Shown piece after piece: positions 52,056-64,000 of a DNA stretch of 64,000 nucleotides. The first letter of the stretch is position 1. Each line of letters begins with the position of its first letter. The stretch spans positions 781,168-845,167 of the forward strand of contig MU053482.1 in the NCBI GenBank assembly GCA_013239625.1, read 5' to 3'. Below the pieces are notes generated by a model, which did no database searches, had not been told where the DNA came from, and saw only the letters and a program-made list of their open reading frames with translations. Source of the stretch: Lama guanicoe (taxonomy: Eukaryota). The position numbers and the translations under genes were made by a program.

Positions 52056-54305
52056 TTTGTACATATATAGGAACCAAAGGGAAAAAAATAGATGGATAGA
52101 TATTGGATTAGGAGAAAGGTAAAAATTGTTTTGGTCATTTGTGATTCAATAAATGGTTGTTTTATGTCCTTTATCTATTAAAACTATCAGAGGTTTTTAA
52201 TTAATATGTTAAGAACTTATGTAAGATTCTCACTATTGACCATATTTGTGGCAAATGAGATATATCTGAAGAAGTTTTTATTATTTTATTCATGGTGTCT
52301 GCCAAACTTTTTTTATGTTATCAGATATATTCCTCCCTTGTTTTATACCTGTTAATTTTATATATAAGAATTTTTCCATCTCAAAGCTAAGAAACATATT
52401 TTTTCATTTTATTCTAACTTCATCTGTTTCATCATTTAAATATATACCTTAATCAATCTGGAATTTACTTTAGTAAATGTAACTTATTTTCCCAAACAGT
52501 TAATGGATTTTGGTGGGTTAAAGATGTCACACTTTGTCACTCCCTCCATCAGGGCATAGATGTTGTTTCCCCTCCCCCTGAATCTGAGCTGGCACTAACT
52601 GTTTAGTCAGTAAAATGTAGCATAAGTGAAACGGTATCAATTCCAGCCTGTAACAGGACCTGCAATTTCCACTCTTTCTCTTGGAAATCAGCTACTCTCA
52701 TATCACTGTGCTCCTGAGAAGTCCGGCCTAGGCACATGGAATGTGTACACACAGACACACACGTATAACTGTAAGGCTCACCAAATGATTCAGATGCACG
52801 TCTAGATTTAAGAGCCAATGATCCAAGTGTATTAGAGACACTACAAGGTAAATCTGGATAGAGAATATAAAGCCAAATTTTATATGGAGAGCTTAATTAA
52901 CTAGTTGAAACCTATGGATTTTCATCTATAAGAACACATAAGCCACTGGAGTGATCGAGAAGTTGTGGAAAATTGTCGGGTAGGTCAAAGAAAGGCAAAG
53001 GTGGTTTGGCATGGGCTGGCCTCCAGCAGGGATGTAGACAGAGACCTAGAATTAAGACTATAGGCCAAGGTTTAAAGTGTTTATTTTTGTTTTAGGTTAG
53101 AGACAGGAACAAAGTCTTAAAGATAAAGCACAGTTTATGAGTTTGGAATTTGTGGTCAGACATAAGCCAATGATTTGAAATCTATTTAGTTAGAGCAAAA
53201 AGAGAACAAATCATGGGTTAATACCACATGTAAAGGCAAACAATGGTGTTACCACCAAAATCAACAGATAAGAATGCCTATTACCATAATTAACATTTAC
53301 CTGAAAGACTTAACTAATGAAAGAAAAATAAATGAAACAAAGGAGAAATTTAATTAAGAGAAAAGAGAAAAGGCTATTTGTATATGATAACTTTCTACTT
53401 AGAAAATGTAAGAGACTTAGTATCAAAATTATTATATGTGTTAAGAATTTTGTAAGGCAGCCAGACATAAAATTAAAGTTTATTAGTAGCTTTTCTACAT
53501 ATTAGAACTAAGTGACTTGAAGATAGTAAAAAAAACATGAAAGAGATTTTTAAAATAGGAGTAAGGAAGTATTTTGAGAAGGGAAGTGAAACTTTAAAGG
53601 AATAGAGAAGCTGAACACAGGTGAAAAGACCCCAACCTTGATCAGAACAGGTGAAGTTTTGAGTTCTAGGAAATACATAGAAAAGTGTCCTAGCACTTTT
53701 AGAATCAGGAGTGATTTTGAGGCCAGAAAAAGGATGGTTTCCCTGCTGTCATGTATTACAGTTCTCTCTGCCTTTGTTAAATACAGGAAATAATGGCTGC
53801 TTTACAGAAAATAGGGGCACTGTGATTGCAAGTTTGCTTTTAACCAGTTAAGGTATCGGACCTGTAGACACATTTCTAAAGATATGATTAAACTGGTGTT
53901 TTGGAAGGGCTTATTATTTAGAACAGCTTGGGTTAAAAGAGACAAGATGCCACAGAAAGGAAGATTAGGTGTAACTTTGACAGACTAGTCGGGAACGAGT
54001 GACGGCTTGAGCTGTGGTATGCCGCCGCATCCCAGGTCACATGCTGATATTCTACCTGGGTTCTGTGTATTCTTCTAGTATTCCTGAATAGCTCTCCTCA
54101 GATTTTATGATCTCTTGAACCTGCTTTTAATTATTTTTATCCATTTATTTCTTCTGTAATCCTCATTTTCTAATCTCACCTCACATTTCCATTCTGTATT
54201 TAAAAACCCAGAAAATATGCATACACCCTTATGTGGTGTAGCATCCCTTTCCTAATTAAGCAGTTTCCCTTCTTCTAGTTCATGGAATTTTTAATTTATT
54301 TTTAG

Positions 54306-55177
54306 ACAGTAAGATAATTTCAGAAAATGAGGATCCAGTTCCAGAGCAGAGAGTCTCTGGAGAGGAACTGTCTCATGGAGTGATTATGGCAGGGCTGACC
54401 AACAGTGGACATCCTCCTGCAGATGCCTGGAAACGTGATGATTGGTTGTATAGGAACCAGGAACACTGGGACATAAATTTGCCACAAGAAGGTTTCATCT
54501 ATAAGACAGTCTGCACTGAGGAGGGAGACTTTGAATATGGTGAAAATAAGGAATGCTTAGATGTTAAGTCAGTTAACTCAATTTTTGATACACCACAGAG
54601 CATTCCTATGAAGAAGGAATCCTCAAAGTGTGATCAGCTTAAAACTAATTTTGAATTTAATTTAGACTCAGTAGGTAAGCAGCATTCAGAATATGATGAA
54701 TGTGGGAATGCCCTGAGCCTGAGTACAGACACTCAGCACCTGAAAAGTCATACCACAGTGAATTCCTATGAATGTTATCAATGTGGGAAGGCCTTCAGCC
54801 GCAGTTCATCCCTTGTTCGACATCAGATCATTCACACAGGAGAGAAACCCTATAAATGCAGTGAATGTGGAAGATTCTTCAACCGACGTACAAACCTTAC
54901 TAAGCATCAAAAAATTCACACTGAAGCAAAGGCCTACGAAGGCAATAAATATGGAAAAGCCTTCAGGATGCTTGAAGACAGTAATAAAAATCCAGGACTC
55001 CGTTCTGCAGGTAATTCCTATGAATGTGTTAACTGTGGACAATCCTTCACCCGTAGCTCCTCACTTATTCGACATCAAGTGATTCATACAGGAGAGAAAC
55101 CATTCAAATGTAGGGAATGTAAGAAAACCTTCAACAGGAGTTCAAATCTTATTAAACACCAAAAACGTCATACTTGA
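54306..55177 (+). CDS. ZNF215: ZNF215 last coding exon (spacer plus four intact C2H2 fingers); spliced CDS 1590 nt, 529 aa
   Basis: Acceptor ttttag| ends at 54305 and the phase-1 join is in frame with ORF 54380-55177. Intact fingers start at 54767, 54851, 55019 and 55103 with HTGEKP linkers; TGA at 55175-55177. Confidence 0.94.
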
Positions 55178-56123
55178 GAGAAGTCCAGTCGAAGGAAGAA
55201 TGCAGAATTACCTTAATTCTTAATTATGTTCTGCACCAAGAGTGCAGAACTCATTCAACATCCATGAATTTATCCTGGAAGGAATCCTGTGAATATAGTA
55301 AATGAAAGAAAATGTTTGTCCGATTATTCTTTAATTGATACGACTGAATTAAAATTGGAGACAAATCTGTTATTGGATAGAAATCTGAGGGGGCTTTTCC
55401 AGATTCCAAATGAAACCATAAGGGTTTAGAGATAAACACATCACCATACAAGTGTTTGTCTGTCTTTATTCCAATATCCATGACCATCGTTTTTCCCTAG
55501 TTCATAAATGGAACCTGTGGCATACCTATGTTCACCTGATCTACTGATGAAGTAGATATTAGGGAGGAGCCGAGCAATACCCTTGGAGTTGATATTTAAT
55601 AAAATTTTCAGTCCTTCTAAGAAGGTCACAAGAAACCAGGAGCTCATGAGAATACAGAAGGACTCTTCTAAGGACTGACTCTGAATCGATGGCAAACACC
55701 ACAGTGAAGCTAATTACTCCACCCCTGTTACTATCTGTGGCTGTCCTGGTGCTGAGTGGGGACTGGAATTGGAAGAGGGTTATCAACTTCGGTGGGAGGT
55801 AGATGTGTCGTTGCTAATCTACATATTCTCAATATCTGTATTTTTTAAAGTACTCTTTAAAGAAAAACATTCCAAATTTAAGAAATTCTTGATGTATATA
55901 GTTCAGTCATTCAGAGCAATTGCATGTTTAATATAATGGATTATAACATTCTCATCTTAGGCATTCTGAATCTAATAGTCCACCGTTTTATAAGCTGTGG
56001 TTTTCTTTTGGGTGGTTGAAATATAAGAGTGCTATTTTAATTTATTATATATTTTCTGAACAGCTAGCTATTTGGGTGTAAGTAAAATGCTTATTTTTTC
56101 TCCTAAATCCATGCTTTCTAAAA

Positions 56124-56274
56124 AATAAAAGATCTGTATACTATTTATTAATTAAACATTCTTAGGTTCAAAGAATACCTTTTTTTTCAAATAATACCTC
56201 TTTAGAGTACACTTGCCATTTAATTTTTGCAGAACTAACAGCCAGTTAACATCTTACAGCCTTTTTAAAATAAA
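56124..56274 (+). terminator. Candidate ZNF215 polyadenylation signals
   Basis: AATAAA at 56124 and 56269 and ATTAAA at 56151, at the end of the unique AT-rich 3' UTR before repeats resume. Another AATAAA at 55598. Confidence 0.4.
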
Positions 56275-56639
56275 CTTACTTACTTAATAGATATTTGGAT
56301 TTTACTGCATGCATTCAAAGGCAGGTATTTAAGCCGAAAGGTGAAGAGTGAGCAGAAATTAGACTGCATGTGGTGGAGGGTGGGAATATTAGAAGAGATG
56401 ATAAAGGGAAAACATGGAGTACAAAGCTACAGAGGGATGAAGGCGTGACATCAGGAAACAGATGTTCACTGACCGGAATAGGGCACTGGAAAGGAATGGA
56501 GCAGGAGGACATAGAAGTGAAGGTAGAGAAAGACTCAAAGGCCAGATTGTGAAAGACTTTGTAAGCCACCTTTGAAGTTTCTACTTTATCCTAAGGGTAT
56601 GGCAAAAAGTAAAATTCTGGTTATAATTATTCAGCACTC

Positions 56640-57493
56640 TGAAAGTACTACTTGACATAATGAGAGAAGGAAAATAAGTGAAAGTTGGAAAGGAGAAAGC
56701 ATTTGCTGATAATATGGCAGACCATTAGGACAACCTAAAAAAAATCAATCAGAAACTTAAATTTAGTAAGTGAATTCAGCTATATCACATACACCTTTCA
56801 AAAAATACTTTGAATAAATGGACAGTGTTTCTGAATGAGATTATTGTAGAGATGTTGAATCTCCCCACTTTAAACTATTTTAAAAATATAATCAAATATT
56901 TCATTGGGAAGAGTATTTCACAAAGTTGATTATAGTTTATTTTGTAGAAGTAAGTTAAAATAGCTATAAGCCTTTTTATTAAAGGAGGGTAATAATAGGA
57001 ATCTTATTATACCAGTAACATAGTGTGGTACTAACCTTGGAATTGACATCTCTGGGACAGAATTGATTGTAACTAGAGCTAGATGTTTATAAGAAGTTAG
57101 CATATCATAAATTATCACTTCAAATTGGTGTGGAAAAAAGAATAGTTAATATTACATTTATATGCAGATATATTAGGTGAATATACGTGCATATATAATA
57201 TAGGTTGATATTTATTAAAAGCAAAAATTAATAGTTGAACAGCAATGAAGATTTGTCTAAAAATTAACTCAGTTCATGAAAAAAGGATAACTAATAAACA
57301 TGGGGGAGAATACTGTTTTCACTAATAAAAACATTTGGTGCTAATAACATGTGAAAGGAATAATAAAGCTCAGTTTAGCAGGACTGTCAAGAAATGGCAA
57401 CTCATAGCCACTAAAGGGAGTGTAAATGATTACTACCTTTCTGGAGAGTCAGTTTGACAGCAGGTATGAAGAACCTTTAAAAAGTCAATACTC
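56640..57493 (+). mobile_element. Ancient L1ME-like ORF2/3' remnant
   Basis: ggaaaggagaaagcatttgctgataatatg (FADNM, a FADDM relic), aagtgaattcagc, gggagtgtaaatgattactacctttctggagagtcagtttg. Confidence 0.65.
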
Positions 57494-57792
57494 AGAAGGG
57501 AGTTAAGGATTCAAAAACCTCAAGAGTCCATGAGCACCCCCGGAGGGCAGTATGGGATGCAGTGTCTACTGTAGGAAAGTGCAAAGAGAGTTGCCGAAGG
57601 AGCCAGGCATCCAACCTGCAAAGAGGGAGGGAGTCACTGCAGAGCTCAACCCGAGGGAGCAAAAAAGAACAAAGATGATTTCAAGAACAAGCAGACTCAG
57701 CAGCAGCAGCAACCACAAGAACAGTCACCGAGGGACCAGGTCGGGGTGAGGAGCTGGAGGCAGAGCAAGCGCATCACCCAGGCTCCCTTACA

Positions 57793-59248
57793 TCTGCTTG
57801 AATACATCCATAAGCACTTACATGGGTTGTCCATCCGTTTCATGTCTAGGGAGCTGTGATCAAGTTGTCACTGGCAGATTCCTCTGGATCAAAGCACTGA
57901 TAACAACTACACTTCTGTAACTTAGCAGTGATTATAACCCTTTATCTCTCACACATGCTAACCACCTGGCCTCCGCCACTTGTGAATTATATGATTACCA
58001 TTAAGATCAGAAACCCATTTCCATTGCAGCAGTTTTCACCATCGTCTCCAGCCTACACAAAACAGACACAGCAGAGCTGTTCAAGATCATCTCTGCTCCT
58101 CTTTCAAAACATCTCTTAACTCTGAAGAAGAGAATAATAGTGAATCCATTCCAATATTCCATCACCCTGCACCATTGAATACTGTTCTCTATGGTATTCG
58201 AGAAGTTATGTTATTAGAAGTTGGCCAAGTTTGATTCCAGGTTTTAATTAGTTTAACAGAATAGGTTGCTCTTTCTCGTGTTTAAAGCAACGCATTAAAC
58301 TATAGGTCCCAGATGTTTGCACCCATGACAATAAATTTAACCCAAGTGTAACTTATATTTGGTCCATCTTAGATTCTACTTCTACATTTGCTTTCCATCA
58401 TTAGTAATTGGTAATACAATTACTGAGGTCTTGTAATTCTTACAGTTAATAGGTATCTCCTCTAGGAGCAGGGAATGCTTGCATTTTTTTTTTCTGTCAG
58501 GGCTCAGTTGGGATCTAAGTGTCATTATGGGCCAGGAGCCAGTGATCATGGTGGGGATGAATATTGAAGAGATTTGGTACCAGCCTGTGAGGCAGATGCT
58601 CCGGGTGGAGTCAAGAGTAAGCTTGAATGGAGAAGAGGTCTGACACCCTCAAATAAGTAGACATGGGATACTGTTTTCACTGATGAGAGGTTCAGAGGAA
58701 TGGGGTGGCTGTGTTCTTAGCATCTTTGATGTCCACCCAAATGCCTGTCCATTGTTCTTCGCCAGTTCTCTTACCATCTCTCTCACCAGGTTGTGAATTT
58801 AATTGGTGCTCAAATTCTGCAGCCATTTCAGAGTGAGGCTTGGTCCTCAGCTGTATTTGCCTTGTAGCCGTTGAAAATGAGAAACTACTTCAAAACTGCC
58901 ATAGGGGCCTTCTCGTGATCCTCTTCTGGTTCTTGTATGTGCACAGCTCTGGGCTGCTCTTATTCTCTGTGTTCATTCTCTAAGGGGACAGAGAATCCAG
59001 ATGGCTCCAGATCTGTAAAATCATTATTTTTACCATAGCAACTGAATACCATAGCCACTTGATTTCTCAACACCTGGCCCTCTACCTGCATTTTTATTCA
59101 GTTCTACCACTAGTGATGATTTGAGAAATCTCAATGCCCTCAGATTCTTTTTCCTCGTAGCAATGAAGTTATTTCTGCTTCTCCCAGCAACCCGATCCTG
59201 AAACCCATTTAGAGAGTCTATTTTCTAGGACCACTTTGGTCCCAATAA
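57793..59248 (-). pseudogene. Decayed ERVL internal region (gag remnants)
   Basis: Minus-strand translation with stops and frameshifts gives colinear ERVL gag motifs: TAEDQA, EHQLNSQP, IWVD, KFIVMGA, TWNQTWPT, GILEWIHY, RGAEMILNSSAVSVLCR, SGGGQV and PRHETDGQPM*VLMDVFKQ. Confidence 0.8.
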
Positions 59249-59689
59249 GTATTTCAGTCTGGGTCCCAGCAGGAAACATATCATACCTAATTTTAGAATA
59301 ATTTGACAATGGCTTAATAATATAAGACTACTTAAAGAGGTATGGACAGAGTTTAGGGAAACCGCAAGAAATAGGGAAGTACTCCAGTGGTAGTAACAAG
59401 GGGATGTTTTACCCCTGGGCCTGAAGGGTCAAGAGGAAGGAGCCATCACCAGAAACTAGAAGGAGAAAGTCATGTAAAGAAGGCAGTTTGGTAAGAGCTG
59501 TGACTTCAGATCTAAAAAAGCAGCCAGTCAAAATCAACCCTCCAGTTCTGCCAGGGCTACCGATTGGCAAAACCTAGTTAAAGCCAAAGGGCTAGGGAGC
59601 TATTGATATAATCCATTTGGGTAAGTCTCCCAGTGTTGGAGAAGGATGGAGAGTGGATCTACAAAGGCAAATGGAAGATACCTGATACA
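59249..59689 (-). mobile_element. ERVL 5' LTR (LTR33-like)
   Basis: Reverse complement begins tgtatcaggtatcttccatttgcctttgtagatccactctcc and ends ctgctgggacccagactgaaata, followed by a PBS-like ttgggaccaaagtgg leading into the gag remnant. Confidence 0.75.
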
Positions 59690-59834
59690 GGATCCAAAAT
59701 AATCTGATGAGGGACTTTAAGGGAATCTCAGTCTTCCTGGATATATCTATGATTCACATCCTTGGGAGTCCAGCTCTCCTTGGACTGGTTTCTATACCTT
59801 AATAGATTATGTATATAGCACAAGTAGAAGTGGT

Positions 59835-60222
59835 TTTTTGTTTGTTTTTGATTGACATATAACATTAGCTTCAGATGTGTAACATAATTCAATATTTGTA
59901 TATACTTGTAAAATGATCACCACATTGTCTAACATCTGTCGCCAGAGTTAACGAATATTTTTTTCTTATGAGAACTTTTAAAATTTACTCTCAGCAATTT
60001 TGAAATATACAATACAGTACTATTAACTGTAGTCACCAGACTGTACATTACATCTCCAGGACTTACTTATGTTAAACTGGAAGTTTGTACCTTTTAACCA
60101 CATTCATCCATTTCACCCCTCTCCCCTTTTGACAACCACCAGTCTATTCTCTATGAGTTTAGGGGGTTTTGGTTTTTGTTTTTTTAAGATTCCACATATA
60201 AGTGAGATAATAACAGTATTTG
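59835..60222 (-). mobile_element. LINE-1 3' UTR (L1MA9-like)
   Basis: gagaacttttaaaatttactctcagcaattttgaaatatacaatacagtactattaactgtagtcacc. Confidence 0.85.
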
Positions 60223-60259
60223 ACCTGGAGAAGAAATGCCTACTGACCTGAGCCCTGGG

Positions 60260-60920
60260 CTGTGAAGGGCCGCATCGCTTCTTTTCCGTGCTCTCCTCCT
60301 AGGGAAGGGCAGAATGGTGAGAAGGCGGCGGGAGGAGGAGTGTAGAAACAGTCCCTTTTGTAGAGATCAGCTTCTCCAGGATAGTGCACTATACACCGGC
60401 CCGAGTCCCCACCCCCAAGAAATCAGACGGATCAAACCATTTCCCCCAGCATAAAACCGGCCCAGCTCAGCCCGGGGTGGTCTGAGCGCACAAGCGGTAG
60501 GGGTTCCGTCTGAGCGCCATGGGATCCTCACTGAGTGCGTTAACAGTTGGTAGCGTCAGCCTATCAGCAAAAAAACAAGAAATCAGGTCTGAACCTCTGC
60601 TCGCCCTGAGGAGCCCCTCCAGTCTGAGAGCTGGGCAGGCCTGACGGCTCCGACCGCCTGCCGAGACAGTAACCGTGGTGGAGTCCTTGCCTAAGAACAG
60701 CCCAGAGCTGTAGCCTCGGGGGCGTGGCCCGGCCTGGAGGCCCCGCCCCCTGGGGCGGGGCGGCCGGAAGTGGAGCCGGCACGTCTGCAGCTGCGTTCCT
60801 CCTCCTGCTCTGATGTGGTGGGGTTATCCTGGCTGGTCGACTAGTGAATTGCATGCTCCTGTCCGTCCGCTCTGCGGATCCCGGAATCCACAAAATTTCC
60901 CAGGAAAACTGGGTAACCGT
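60260..60920. promoter_or_regulatory. Second CpG island with housekeeping-type promoter motifs; gene not identified in window
   Basis: CpG-rich; opposed GC boxes at 60740-60761; ETS/GABP site CCGGAAGTG at 60764-60772; candidate + strand donor TGG|gtaacc at 60913. Confidence 0.7.
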
Positions 60921-63299
60921 TGTGTCTTTTGGGCTTATCAGTTGCTATTGGAAGTGTATGATGACGTCTAGTCCCCAGTTCTATGAAACCTCTCCACTGG
61001 GTTTCTTCGGGCTAATCGTGAACCTTTCCCAGCCACGAGTTTTCTTAACTATAGAGTGCACTTAGTAGGACCTTCCTTGAAGTATTTGTGAAATTTAAAT
61101 GACATTAAGCTTTTCAGAAGACTTCCCAGAATAGGAGTATCATGAAAATCAGTACTTTATGTGGTATGCACTATTATAGACATTAGGTAGAAATATACCT
61201 CTGGAAAGCCTCCCCTGACTCATTCCCAAGATTGGGTTTGACTATCCCTGTGGCACAATCTGAGCTTTATATTATCCAGATGAAAAAACCCTAGACCTTT
61301 AGGAATAGCTCAATCCCCAGCATGAAATCATTAATCTGGATAGACTGATTTCACAGTCCCTAAAACATTGTGTACTCAACTACAAGTTTTTGTAAGCAAT
61401 TCCTCCTGTCAACTGTTTCAGCCGTTTTACCTATTGAAATAGCATCTGAAGTTTAGTTTTAAAACCACCTTCTGATATATTCATTATACTCAAAGTATAT
61501 CCATAATGTGATTATTTCTCTCGCCTCCGCTGTTAACATTATGATAACACTTTTTCTTAGGCATTTCTGCAGTACCTTCTAATTGGAATCCCTGTTTGGC
61601 TCTAGCTGCTACCTTCAGTTAATTCTTAACACAGCATTCAGAGTGAGCCGGTTAAAATGTAAAGTTAGACCATGTCTCTTAAAATCTTCTAATGGCTTTT
61701 CATACTACCTTTAACCTCAATTTTTTAGTGAATATGTTTTCCATATTTACTCTAATGAACTCTTTAATGAAGGGAAAAGTAAGTCCAGTGATTAAAAAAG
61801 AAAACTGCCTCCTACTGTCCAAACTCATTGACACCACCTAGTTGTCTACTCTGTGGTCCTGTGACCTCCATTCTTGCTCATACTTGTTGCTATTAATGGA
61901 TCAATGACCATGTCAAATTCATATTTTGTCCTTTACAAGTCTTATAGTCTCACTCTACAACATGTCCAGTCTTCATACTGTTGTTAAAGTCATCTTTTCA
62001 AAATGACATTGTTGTTCCTTCATTCAAGATTCTTTAATGCTTCTCCATGACCAGCAGAAACTTTTTAGCTTGGCACAGGAAGACCTTCATGATCTGACCA
62101 TTTTCTAACCTCACCTTTCTGCTCTAGCAATGTGAGGCTCCTTGCAGCTGGTTATATACATTGTAATTTCATTATTCCATTTCTTTGCACAGCTTGTACC
62201 TTCTGCCTCCTATCTTTTAACCCAATAATTGAATATAGAAAATTGTAAAAATTACCTAAAATAGAAAACTTCATACATGATCACATTTATGGCAGTTTAA
62301 TTCATAATATAAAAATTAAAAATCTAAGTCCCTAATAACATAGAGATAATTAAGTATTATGGTACAGCCACACAATGGAATATCATGTACCATTAACATT
62401 TTTAAAAAGTTGTATATAAAAAAGTGATTTTTATTTTTTATGAAAAGACACCAGTAAAAATAGAAAACAATACAGAAAAGTATGAAGAACATAAAGATAA
62501 CTACAATCCATCCTATCAAAGAAACCCACTAATAACATTTTTGTATATATTCAATAGTTTCCCCATGGAAATACCTGTATAAATATATAAATAGAATTTT
62601 ACCCCATATAGAGTTCTATATCTTGTACTTTTGTCTTAACACCGTAAGTATATTCTTATCATTACAACATTCTTGGAAAATATAAGTTTTAGTGACTGCA
62701 TAACATTACATCATATAGGTGCATCATAATTTATTTGACCTTTCCCCTATTTTAGGGGAAGGCAGCATAAAAATACTTCAATAAATATCTCATTTACCTA
62801 TGTATGTGTTCTAATGTAGTTCAGAATACTTGGTCCAGACCCACCACTTTCTAGAGAAACTTATTTGAACGTCAGTCCTAACAACCATGTTACATGCCTG
62901 TCATCCTATCCCTGGGCATGTCTGAAAACACCAGAGTGAACATCTGATACAAAGCTAACCAGTCTGAAGCTTACCAGTAGCCTATGGTTTGGACTGGCCT
63001 CAAAGAGTTGTCTAGAGCTAGTAATTATAAACTGAGCCAATCATTTTCCCTCATTCAGAAATCTGAATCTCAGACTCAGAAAGAAGTTACATGTTATAGT
63101 GGGCAATAAAATCGAAAAAACTTAATCAGGGATGTGGTGGTAATTTGATAAGCATGTGCAGAGTGAGTAAACAGAAGGTCAGTCTGTAGAAAGAAAAGAG
63201 GATAACCAAAGAAACAAAAATAAGTTCTTGAAAAAGTAGTCTCATTGTCTAATGGTTTTCTGGAGCAAGTTCTCCTGTTGAAGCTTCTGTCCTTGGATT

Positions 63300-63317
63300 T
63301 GTGTGTGTGTGTGTGTG
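63300..63317. repeat. (TG)9 microsatellite
   Basis: Read directly. Confidence 0.9.
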
Positions 63318-64000
63318 ATCTTAAAACATAATGTTATATAACTTTTTTAAAATGAGGTAACTTAAGTGGATCTCTGTTCTTTGCAAACAGAAGTTCCCTA
63401 ATAGAGTGCAACTCTATTTCCACAGGATATATGCCTAGATAGGAAATCAAGGAAAGAGTAGTAACAATTTTGAGGGTCACGGATTGGCCAAATTGTTTTC
63501 CCAAAAAGTCTATCTATTTACCTTCAACATAAGTAGTGTGTAAGTATCCATTTGTACTCTCACTGAAAATAGCTATTATAATTTTTGTTAATAAAAGTTG
63601 TATTTCATTGCTTTAATCTGTTGATGTCCTTTGCCATTTTAACTAGGTGTCCATCTTATTAATTTATAAAAGTTCCTATCATAATCATGGAAAATATTTT
63701 CCCTATTGTTGTCTTGACTTCCATATGTTCTTCACCTACAGTTTAAAATTTTTTACTGTGGTCCAATTCTTAGGCATTTTTTCTGAGTTCTTCCAGTTCA
63801 TCAAACTCAAAAAATGCATACGTGTGTTATGTTTTCAACTATATAAAAACCATATGTAACTATATATAAAATTTGGTAAATGTTTAAAATTTTATGTTTC
63901 AAAGAGTAGCACCTCCTCTTAAAAAATATCTTGTGCTAATCTTGAATATGAATCATTTAAAAAATGGGGTTAGCTTGTGTTTTTTTTATTTTTGATGAAC

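Noticed and set aside
57793..59248. Domesticated Fv1-like gag gene
   Set aside because: Numerous stops and frameshifts; no long ORF.

Overview
Mammalian genomic DNA, probably camelid: two tRNA-Ala-derived SINEs resemble the camel/alpaca Vic-1 type, and the L1 3' ends look cetartiodactyl. From recall, the window is syntenic with human 11p15.4. It contains four intact single-exon olfactory receptor genes (OR10A2/A5-like +, OR10A4 +, OR2D2 -, OR2D3 +). These are followed by the SCAN-KRAB zinc-finger gene ZNF215, with a CpG-island promoter at about 35.6-36.3 kb and five coding exons I could splice in frame into a 529-aa protein. A second, unexplained CpG-island promoter lies at about 60.3-60.9 kb. 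The rest is interspersed repeats (L1, L2, MIR, MLT1, hAT transposons, an ERV1 solo LTR, a decayed ERVL provirus with readable gag remnants) and microsatellites. I found no prokaryotic-type system and no clearly new biological system. The best leads are: a MER41-like solo LTR with a STAT/GAS site 3 kb upstream of ZNF215; the orphan CpG promoter; fossil zinc fingers and a duplicated finger module in ZNF215; candidate OR promoters and non-coding exons; and several reconstructable retrotransposition events. Gene and repeat family names come from recall of known sequences, not from database searches.
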